Of a stretch of DNA of 64,000 nt, positions 20,236 to 27,976 are shown piece by piece. A model generated the notes under the pieces. The model made no database searches, had not been told where the DNA came from, and worked only from the letters and a program-made list of their open reading frames with translations. Numbering within the stretch: position 1 is the first letter of the stretch; each line of letters begins with the position of its first letter. This DNA is from a virus: IMG/VR virus record IMGVR_UViG_3300028384_001071, positions 37,565-101,564 of that record, one strand, 5' to 3'. A program made the position numbers and the translations under genes.

Positions 20236-21731
20236 GTTTACCGACATTGGTTGAAGGGCCGCACAAGAAGTATGCCTTCAACAGGCCACTGTTCCATGAA
20301 GAGGTATATGGATTACCTCCTAAGAATCTGTCAGACGATCCGGCTAATGATCCGGCAAAGACTGTCACAATCTTAGGTGAAGTGTCTAGAGGGACGTATA
20401 GTCGAGCCGATTTGTATGGGAACATACTATCATTTCGAACGAATCACGATGTTAAACGCACCATTCATTTCAACGTCTCAAACTCCTACGTAGGTGTAAA
20501 TATCGACGTATTGAATTCAGGCTTGCTTATAGGGGATGCGTGGACTCCAACCATAGATGTTAGCTATGCCCCATCAACCCCGATGTCCACTGTTGTCGAT
20601 GCCATAAACAATCACTTTATCTTAGGTGAATGGTTGACAGTGGAATTACTGGATTCTAATTCATGGCATGTCGATAGGCTTTCACCTGTAACGGAAAGTG
20701 AACTCATTGGCATCGAAGGTACTCGTTATAGAATAACACTGTCGACCATATCTTACTTGGACAGGTGTTACGCTTTCAATCCGATGAATGAACAGCCAAG
20801 AGTCTTGTTCATATTGTCTGCTCTAGATCAGGTTGAGAACGGTCCTGTGTTCTCTAAATACTTCAGGAACGTCGGTCTAGGCTACGACTACTATCACAGT
20901 GGAATTGTGACTGATGACCCTCAAGTAGGCGGGCCTTACAACCAACGAGCCCTTAATGAGAGTGAAGAAGATCGATGGGAGAGATATCTTGATTATGTCG
21001 ATGTCGCTAGTGATCTTGAAGATCAAATAGGCTCACAAGCAATTGTTAACCTGTACTATGCGGAGTTTCCTAGCTATCTAATGTTCGGAGGGATTGACTA
21101 CGCCTTTAGTGGGAGTTACGGTCCTCTAGAATATGACTCAGGATCATTCGAGATTATCGCAGATTCGATGACTACCGGTGATTACGATACATCGATAGCG
21201 TCAACAATGCCGGTTACAATCGTGTGGGTTCGCACAGGGTTGTTCACACTAATCCCAAATCATCCTGATCGTGACGCTGAGATGATTGCTTATGAGGCTC
21301 TCATACTTTCAATCATCAATGAGATGTCAAAGTACTCCGATCTTCGGATCTTCATGTATCTAGACGTTGGTCCGCCTAAGCTAGGTGAGCGAACATACTC
21401 AGCCTATCTAGGTTTCGACACAGACCCTAAAGGATTTGCCGGTCAGGTTGGAGGTCTGTCTATTCCAGATACATTTCCTACTGTGTACTCGAATTCAGAT
21501 GCGCTTGATCTGAAATACTGGGAACATCATGGTAGCCAACTACTAATAGGCTCACTGGAAACTGTCAGGCCTGTTAACGTCTTCTCAACCGATCTGGCAG
21601 CAGTTCGGGCTTCATGTGAACGATTGGCTGCAGCCAGTAAGAATATCTTGTATAAAGGGGAAATATCCTCTGCAAGTTCACTCGATGTAAGTGACTTGGC
21701 ATCAGATCTCAAGACGAGGTACAATGTATGA
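20226..21731 (+). CDS. Hypothetical protein (end of tail module)
   Basis: 501 aa ORF overlapping both neighbours; no recognised motif. Confidence 0.5.
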   Translation: MALSLPTLVEGPHKKYAFNRPLFHEEVYGLPPKNLSDDPANDPAKTVTILGEVSRGTYSRADLYGNILSFRTNHDVKRTIHFNVSNSYVGVNIDVLNSGLLIGDAWTPTIDVSYAPSTPMSTVVDAINNHFILGEWLTVELLDSNSWHVDRLSPVTESELIGIEGTRYRITLSTISYLDRCYAFNPMNEQPRVLFILSALDQVENGPVFSKYFRNVGLGYDYYHSGIVTDDPQVGGPYNQRALNESEEDRWERYLDYVDVASDLEDQIGSQAIVNLYYAEFPSYLMFGGIDYAFSGSYGPLEYDSGSFEIIADSMTTGDYDTSIASTMPVTIVWVRTGLFTLIPNHPDRDAEMIAYEALILSIINEMSKYSDLRIFMYLDVGPPKLGERTYSAYLGFDTDPKGFAGQVGGLSIPDTFPTVYSNSDALDLKYWEHHGSQLLIGSLETVRPVNVFSTDLAAVRASCERLAAASKNILYKGEISSASSLDVSDLASDLKTRYNV

Positions 21732-22318
21732 GGTATGAAGACGTAAGGCTACAAATACAGACAGGGGACATCCTCTCTTGTCAAGGGACAGCCATCTACT
21801 CCAACATCATACGGAAGTGGGGAGGTTTGAAGAACTGGTTCTGGCGTGGGGATTGGAAGGAGGATCAATTCACGCACACAGGAATCGCAATCTGGATTCA
21901 ACTAAATGGGGATGATCGACTCTGCATCCTTGAAGCTCACATCTTCAAGGGCATCCGGCTTAACCCGCTCAGCGAAGTGCTGAAGGAATACTGGAAGCCG
22001 GGCGGTAGGGTGTACTGGCAGGCTGTGCACGGGATCGACGGTACAGTCGTCGCTCAAGAAGCGTTGAAGAACTGGACCAAGGCTTACCCGAGCCTATTCC
22101 AATTCCTAATCGCCGGGTCGAGTGTGGCCCGTTGGATTCGTAAGAGGGTGTTCCGGAAAGGAGCCGACACCAATGGTGACAAGTACCACTGCTCGGAACT
22201 AGCGAGCCGTTCACTCATCCATGCAGGATTCAAGTGGAACATGCCCCCTGCTGCGACGACTCCGCAGATGGTTTCTGAATTCAGTTGCCTGACCTCCCCG
22301 GTCGAACTCGAAGCATAA
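21728..22318 (+). CDS. Permuted papain-like NlpC/P60 enzyme (YaeF/YiiX, C92-like)
   Basis: IQTGDIL, FTHTGI (His) and YHCSELA (Cys) in permuted order. Confidence 0.75.
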   Translation: MRYEDVRLQIQTGDILSCQGTAIYSNIIRKWGGLKNWFWRGDWKEDQFTHTGIAIWIQLNGDDRLCILEAHIFKGIRLNPLSEVLKEYWKPGGRVYWQAVHGIDGTVVAQEALKNWTKAYPSLFQFLIAGSSVARWIRKRVFRKGADTNGDKYHCSELASRSLIHAGFKWNMPPAATTPQMVSEFSCLTSPVELEA

Positions 22319-22358
22319 AGAAAGCCCCGTACTGGCACTTGCCGGTACGGGGCATTTG
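22319..22358. terminator. Bidirectional terminator between convergent modules
   Basis: AAA-GCCCCGTACTGGCA-CT-TGCCGGTACGGGGC-ATTT. Confidence 0.8.
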
Positions 22359-23624
22359 TCATTTACGGGCATCGGCATTGAACGTGCCGACATACCCTCT
22401 GTCAAAGTTCCACAGCCATGCTTCCGCACAGCGATTACCTTTCACGTAGCCTTTCTTGTAGTGCCACGCATCTGTACCACTCAACGATGGTAGGATCTGC
22501 ACCCTGACCCCGTTGAAGGTATCACCGGCGTTGTGCCGAGTCTCCTTCTTCTTGTGGAAGTGCCCGAGATGCCAGTACAACGATGACGCCTTAGCGAACT
22601 GCTCAGGTCTCTCGCGAGCCATGATCAGTGGCAAGTCGGCATGCTTCTCTTCGTTGCCGTGTGTGAACCCGATCAGCGATGCTCCGTATGCGACATACTT
22701 ACGCATCATCGGTGTGGAGTTGACACGGACAGCATTCACATTTCGATACCAAGCATCTACGATCTTCGCCATGTAGTATGACGTCTCAGGGTCGTGGTTA
22801 CCCGGAACCCAGAGGACGTTGACAGGTGCCACAGCAATGCACGCTTCGATCGCTCGAATCACAGCTTGACAACCTGCATCGAATATCTTCGCCATACGAC
22901 TGTCCACATCCTGCGGAGTGTCGTTGACCGTCGTGTTCTTCCAACTGTTCACGTGGAAGAAGTCGTTGCCGATTGGGAATAGTATCTGTTCGATACTGTA
23001 TCCTGATGTCAGATCCAACAGATCGCGTATGGCGTTGGCATACAACAAGGACGCGAGTTCCATGTCATAGTCAGTGCCGGTCTCCGGACCCCATGCCAAC
23101 TTACCGAAGTGGGCATCAAACAGTGACACCTCTAACAAGTGACGTTCACTTGTGATTGGCATGAATGTCGGTTCAGGTATGGGTGTCCAAGTTCCGATGC
23201 GATCGAATAATGACTCGACTGCGTGCTCGACGTGATCAACTTCACGCTTCTTGAGCCAGATCTTGACTTGCCATAGATCCTGAACCTCTGCCGACTCTGC
23301 ACCTTTAGGGACATAACCCATGTCCCATTTGTTGATGATGTAGCGTTCGACTTCCCACACTTCCAGATCGACTTCAGCGATCTTGAGTGCGACTTCAAGA
23401 GTCTTGACTCGTGAGTTGACAGTGAGAGTCTTCTCGTCCTCACCGCTGCCTTCCTCCTTGACAAGACCCTCTTCAGGACTTACGTCAAAGTCAGATGCAC
23501 GTTGAACTCGACCTCTTACGGTACTAGCGGATAAGCCTAATGCTTGTCCTGCTTTTGCGTAAGACCCGTACTGCTCGTAGGCATCTACTGCTTCTTGAAC
23601 TTGCTCAGGTGTGAGCTTAGCCAT
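22359..23624 (-). CDS. Calcineurin-like metallophosphoesterase with N-terminal HTH
   Basis: DAHFG, GNDFFH, PGNHD, THG and GHFH motifs; HTH YAKAGQALGLSASTVRGRV. Confidence 0.85.
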   Translation of the reverse strand: MAKLTPEQVQEAVDAYEQYGSYAKAGQALGLSASTVRGRVQRASDFDVSPEEGLVKEEGSGEDEKTLTVNSRVKTLEVALKIAEVDLEVWEVERYIINKWDMGYVPKGAESAEVQDLWQVKIWLKKREVDHVEHAVESLFDRIGTWTPIPEPTFMPITSERHLLEVSLFDAHFGKLAWGPETGTDYDMELASLLYANAIRDLLDLTSGYSIEQILFPIGNDFFHVNSWKNTTVNDTPQDVDSRMAKIFDAGCQAVIRAIEACIAVAPVNVLWVPGNHDPETSYYMAKIVDAWYRNVNAVRVNSTPMMRKYVAYGASLIGFTHGNEEKHADLPLIMARERPEQFAKASSLYWHLGHFHKKKETRHNAGDTFNGVRVQILPSLSGTDAWHYKKGYVKGNRCAEAWLWNFDRGYVGTFNADARK

Positions 23625-23633
23625 CTAATCACC

Positions 23634-24293
23634 TTAAATTGGAGTATCGCGTATTCGGGAACGCTTGATCAACCTCCTGTAGACTTCTGCTGTTGCCACG
23701 ACATCATCCAACGCCGTGTGAGCCCTTGTACGTTCAATCCCAAGTGTGGTGCATAGGTATTGCAGGTTACACTTCGGGTACTCGAAAGGTTCGGATCGCC
23801 AATCTGCCACATCATTCTCATACAGTGCCATCGACATTACATCGCGATACTGAGGATGGAAGTAATGGTGGAAACCTTCGGCACCGAGCCAATCAATCAT
23901 GAAGGGTCTGTCATACGCCCAATTACAAGCGACGGGCATGATCTTCTTGAACGGTGCCAGTTTGAGTTGATCAAACCAATCACTGAACAAGTCTGCCGCA
24001 CGGTCTGCATCGCAACCATTTGTCGCGATCCGAACCACACGTTTACGATCCTCGCATAGCTTCTCCCGAACTACCTTGTCCAGAGTCTTGCCTTGAATCC
24101 TCAAGGCTTCTAAATCGATGTTATCCAGCCTACGAGGTTGAAGTTCCATCGAAAATGGCATGATGTTCTGAGCCGGTTTCAAATCCGGACCCAGAATAAG
24201 CACGCATACTTCGATAACGTCATTGAAGCCAGGAGTGAAACCAGTGGTCTCAGTATCGATGACCCCAATGACATTTCCATTCAGATGTTTGAT
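23634..24293 (-). CDS. DEDDh 3'-5' exonuclease (DnaQ/oligoribonuclease-like), apparent ATC start
   Basis: ExoI IDTETTG lies upstream of the track's GTG start; ExoII NWAYDRPF; ExoIII HTALDD; GGAGGA 7 nt before ATC 24293. Confidence 0.8.
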   Translation of the reverse strand: MKHLNGNVIGVIDTETTGFTPGFNDVIEVCVLILGPDLKPAQNIMPFSMELQPRRLDNIDLEALRIQGKTLDKVVREKLCEDRKRVVRIATNGCDADRAADLFSDWFDQLKLAPFKKIMPVACNWAYDRPFMIDWLGAEGFHHYFHPQYRDVMSMALYENDVADWRSEPFEYPKCNLQYLCTTLGIERTRAHTALDDVVATAEVYRRLIKRSRIRDTPI

Positions 24294-24296
24294 AGG

Positions 24297-24905
24297 TTAA
24301 TCCTCCCAGAACTGTGAGTACTGCTCTGCCAGTTCGATATCCTCCTCTGGATAGTCCGTCGTCATCAGGAACTCACGAACCGTCAAGCCTGAAATCATCA
24401 GCTTAGGGAATCCATACTTCCAGCCGTCGGGTGGATCTATCCACATCTGAGGTTTGTACAAGACAAGTTCAACACCCGCCTCATCAAACTGGTCGGTGGC
24501 CATCTTGAATGCATCAGCCCAACGGCTCATCGCATCTTTCGAAGGCTCAGGTGCCACGCACCTCTCCACACCAGCCTGAATCATCTTGGCCGCACATCGT
24601 GAACACGACATAAACGGATGAGTGTATAGGCAGGAACCTGCCACACTCCCTTGAGCCGAGATCAGTGCATTCTCTTCGCAGTGAATGACCATCTCATACT
24701 TGATTGACCGGTCTTGATAACGCTCATCCGTGTCTTCCACTCCCGCCGCAAAGCCGTTGTATCCAACAGAGATCACTGAACGATCAGGTCGCACAAATAC
24801 AGCACCCGTTTGAGTGCTAGGGTCTTTAGACCAAGTCGAAACCAACTTAGCCATCTTTAGGAATCGTCGATCCCACTTCTCAGTTAGCAGCTTCATACCT
24901 GCCAT
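24297..24905 (-). CDS. dCMP deaminase with C-terminal extra domain
   Basis: SKDPSTQTGA, GYNG, HCEENA and SCSRCA zinc motifs; alternative start at 24896. Confidence 0.9.
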   Translation of the reverse strand: MAGMKLLTEKWDRRFLKMAKLVSTWSKDPSTQTGAVFVRPDRSVISVGYNGFAAGVEDTDERYQDRSIKYEMVIHCEENALISAQGSVAGSCLYTHPFMSCSRCAAKMIQAGVERCVAPEPSKDAMSRWADAFKMATDQFDEAGVELVLYKPQMWIDPPDGWKYGFPKLMISGLTVREFLMTTDYPEEDIELAEQYSQFWED

Positions 24906-24966
24906 GTTGCAGTGTTATCTCCTGACCGTCGAAGATCATGCAATTCCTTAGCTGGTCTCGCCGTAC

Positions 24967-25869
24967 TCACTCGTAAGCCTCCTTGATCCAAAGGAACTCT
25001 TTCCGAACACCACGCTCCATTGTACCTTGACGGTCTTCCATGTTGTTGTTCTTGTCGAACGCACGAGCCGTGACTCGATTGTCGACTTGATCATTCATGT
25101 GAACGCCATCCCAAGGGAACTGATCGTAGATAGGATTCTCGTAACCTGATAGGACTACTGCCCCTTCGGTTGAGAAGATCCTCTCACACATTTCAATGTG
25201 ATCCTTCTTGGTGAAGCCTGTCCCATACACGTCCCGCCCGTAGTAGGGTGGATCGAGATAGAACAGAACATCCGGACCGTCGAAATCTTCAACACATTGC
25301 TGCCAGTCGAGGTTCTCGATCTGAACGCCTTGCAGTCTGCGATGGACCGCAGGGAATAATGGCAGGCCGACTCGGAGCTTGTTAGGGATGTTGTTGTGAT
25401 TGTTCACAACTCGCCCGAACATTTCAGCACGGCCAGCGAATGACGCCTGCACCAAGTAGTAATACTTGAGTGCCCTCATCACTACATCATCTTCAGTTTC
25501 CCAAGTGTCCCGACACCACGCAAAGTATTCACGTGAGTGTGGTAACAGTTGGACCTTTTCGGTCAACTGCCTCAACAGTTCATCGTCTTGGATGCATTGG
25601 TACAACGCAACAGTCCCTGAGAACCGATCGTTAAATACTTCCAATTTCGATGCTGCTTTGGAAAGCAAGACCGCACCGCTACCACCGAACACTTCGACAT
25701 ACGTCTCATGCCAAGGTAGTAGTGGTAGTATCCAATCCAGTTGACCACACTTGTTACCCATGTAATTCAAAGGAGGATGGATATACTCACCAGCAGCACG
25801 GGAACCGTGATCGGAATCAAGAAATGCGAACATTGCTTCGAGATGCTGAGCATCTTCCTTCTTACTCAT
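24967..25869 (-). CDS. DNA adenine methyltransferase (Dam/D12 class)
   Basis: YMGNK, YVEVFGGSGAV, EVFND and YLDPPY motifs. Confidence 0.9.
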   Translation of the reverse strand: MSKKEDAQHLEAMFAFLDSDHGSRAAGEYIHPPLNYMGNKCGQLDWILPLLPWHETYVEVFGGSGAVLLSKAASKLEVFNDRFSGTVALYQCIQDDELLRQLTEKVQLLPHSREYFAWCRDTWETEDDVVMRALKYYYLVQASFAGRAEMFGRVVNNHNNIPNKLRVGLPLFPAVHRRLQGVQIENLDWQQCVEDFDGPDVLFYLDPPYYGRDVYGTGFTKKDHIEMCERIFSTEGAVVLSGYENPIYDQFPWDGVHMNDQVDNRVTARAFDKNNNMEDRQGTMERGVRKEFLWIKEAYE

Positions 25870-26290
25870 CGAGACCCTCCATTACTTCTGATAAGTCACA
25901 CCAGCGTTCGTAGCAGTCCTTCATGATTTCGTAGGAACCGCCAAAGTCACTGGTAAACAGATCATGCCAGTATGCTATATGAGTTCGACCTTCAGGAGTC
26001 TTCCGTCCGATCTTAACATCACTCAAACCAGTGACAATGAAGGTGTTGACGAAGGCCCCGTCATGGTACATCCCTGAACAGAGGAATTCAGCATGACTAC
26101 CGATGATCCCTGTCTCTTCCTTAAGCTCTCGAAGAGCTGTCTCTTTGAAAGTCTCACCTTCCTCCCATTTGCCGCCGGGTAGGATGATTCCTCGCCCTTT
26201 AGCACATTCGATTGAGATGAAGCCTTCCGATGAATACATGCCCGCAGGCGTGTAAGGGCATAAAGCCACGCAGCCAATCTTATGTGTCAT
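25862..26290 (-). CDS. NUDIX hydrolase
   Basis: Nudix box PGGKWEEGETFKETALRELKEETG. Confidence 0.9.
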   Translation of the reverse strand: MTHKIGCVALCPYTPAGMYSSEGFISIECAKGRGIILPGGKWEEGETFKETALRELKEETGIIGSHAEFLCSGMYHDGAFVNTFIVTGLSDVKIGRKTPEGRTHIAYWHDLFTSDFGGSYEIMKDCYERWCDLSEVMEGLDE

Positions 26291-26705
26291 AGTTCTGTAT
26301 GTTGTATCCTTGAGGCGGATGAATGCACATGGATATTAACCAGTGCAGATTATCCAGAGAATGAGACGGGAGGTTATTGACCCGATGAATAGATACCGGC
26401 TCGTCCCGCTCCTTAGTATTGTGAACGGCTTGCAAAGCAGCTTCGTTCAATATATGAGTGGTGAACACATCAACTACCCATTCAGAGTCGTGCATCTTCA
26501 CGACACGTGTCCAAGGGGATGTCAACGGTACGCCAGTCTCTTCAAACCACTCACGGTTCATTGCTGAGCCGTGAGTCTCATCGTCTTCCACCTTACCTCC
26601 GACGCCGTTCAACTTACCAGCCTGCCAATCTGGACGAGCTTTAGTAAGTAGAACGACATTCTGGAAGTTAGGCGTAAAGGCGAAGCCGAGACAGTATCTA
26701 ATCAA
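26280..26705 (-). CDS. NUDIX hydrolase
   Basis: WQAGKLNGVGGKVEDDETHGSAMNREWFEETG. Confidence 0.88.
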   Translation of the reverse strand: MIRYCLGFAFTPNFQNVVLLTKARPDWQAGKLNGVGGKVEDDETHGSAMNREWFEETGVPLTSPWTRVVKMHDSEWVVDVFTTHILNEAALQAVHNTKERDEPVSIHRVNNLPSHSLDNLHWLISMCIHPPQGYNIQNYDT

Positions 26706-26886
26706 CCTTGACTACCCTAACCCCGGTTACTTCGACGTCGATACCAACTGCTTGCTTAGGCAGATTGTCTGCCAAGTTGTGCAAGCACGCGGCCAGGTCA
26801 TCGGCTTCGACCGGGTTTGTGTTGTTAGGGATGTCCTGAGATTCACCACCTGGACCTTTGATGTTCATGAAGATGTTGTATTTCAT
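26698..26886 (-). CDS. Hypothetical protein
   Basis: Fills the gap with overlapping start and stop in the operon. Confidence 0.55.
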   Translation of the reverse strand: MKYNIFMNIKGPGGESQDIPNNTNPVEADDLAACLHNLADNLPKQAVGIDVEVTGVRVVKVD

Positions 26887-27452
26887 ATGTTGAACCGTTC
26901 AATGAGACTGGTGACATCCGCATAGAAGCCATCCATGTCGGTGTTAGTGATGACCGCATCCCACCCGTCGAAACCGACGAGAGCATTGTCTGCGACATCA
27001 TCAGTATCGGGAATTTCCGGACGTTCGATCTTGACAAGCATACCGCCAAGCTCTGTGACTCGTTGAGCCTCGTTCGGAAAACGCAGGTCTGAGATCAGTA
27101 GAAGCTCAGCACCCGCAGCCTTCATCTTGCTGAACAGGATATCGACCCAGGTGCTCTCGTAGATGTGACGTCCAACAGACGTACCCATCTCGATCCAAAC
27201 CTCTCGAACTGTCTTACCGATGGTCGGAAGCATATCCTCCCGTCGATCCTCATTGCCAGGTAGTTCGTAGAACTCCGGTTCGCGAAGGCCATCCCATCCA
27301 TAAAGCTGGTGGCAGATGAGCTTCAATTCGTAAGCAAAGGAACCCTTGTTGATCTGATACTTAGATCCCTTTGTTCTTAAAAAGCTGGTCAGAAACTTAC
27401 AGGCAGTGTCTTTGCCCGTACGTTTGCGATGCCCGAAGGCAATTACTCTCAT
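26883..27452 (-). CDS. Deoxynucleoside monophosphate kinase
   Basis: GHRKRTGKDT P-loop, SFAYELK, ISDLRFPNE. Confidence 0.85.
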   Translation of the reverse strand: MRVIAFGHRKRTGKDTACKFLTSFLRTKGSKYQINKGSFAYELKLICHQLYGWDGLREPEFYELPGNEDRREDMLPTIGKTVREVWIEMGTSVGRHIYESTWVDILFSKMKAAGAELLLISDLRFPNEAQRVTELGGMLVKIERPEIPDTDDVADNALVGFDGWDAVITNTDMDGFYADVTSLIERFNI

Positions 27453-27976
27453 GCAAGTTGTCCCAACTGAGCGATAATGTACTCGAACTTATCGCCCGAG
27501 AAGCCAGCATCAGTATTCCAAGGTTGAGGTACTAGTACGGCCTTACCTCCCGCTGAGCGGAAGTTATCAACCATCTTGTCAGTGTCATCAATCAACACTC
27601 GACCGGCTGCGGCTATCAGATGTTTCTGAGCCGTCATAATCGAACGCTTCCTGATGTCGATTTGGTGGTGATGAAGCCAAGCCACTTTACCTGCGAATGA
27701 TTCTTCGTATGTAGATGGTTTCGTTAGAATGTACCAGTCGTCGAAGTGATCGTCCACGTACTCGATAAGCTGATTTGCCCAAGGCAATAGCTCAAGATTG
27801 TACCAGAACGAAGCATCTCGGAACAACTCCTGTTCCATATCTTCCTGTGTGACACCGACAACCTCACAGATATCAGTCTCACCGGGAGTCCATTCCCCTT
27901 CGTACTCGAAATGACGCATGACAGCACCACAGAAGTCAACTAGGGTGCCATCCATATCCAGAAATGCAGCAGACAT
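27449..27976 (-). CDS. 5'(3')-deoxyribonucleotidase (HAD, NT5C-like)
   Basis: DMDGTLVDF, GKVAWL, LIDD and PQPWN motifs. Confidence 0.85.
   Translation of the reverse strand: MSAAFLDMDGTLVDFCGAVMRHFEYEGEWTPGETDICEVVGVTQEDMEQELFRDASFWYNLELLPWANQLIEYVDDHFDDWYILTKPSTYEESFAGKVAWLHHHQIDIRKRSIMTAQKHLIAAAGRVLIDDTDKMVDNFRSAGGKAVLVPQPWNTDAGFSGDKFEYIIAQLGQLA

Noticed and set aside
11943-21731. Diversity-generating retroelement acting on tail genes
   Set aside because: No reverse transcriptase, and no template/variable repeat pair with adenine-specific mismatches was noticed.
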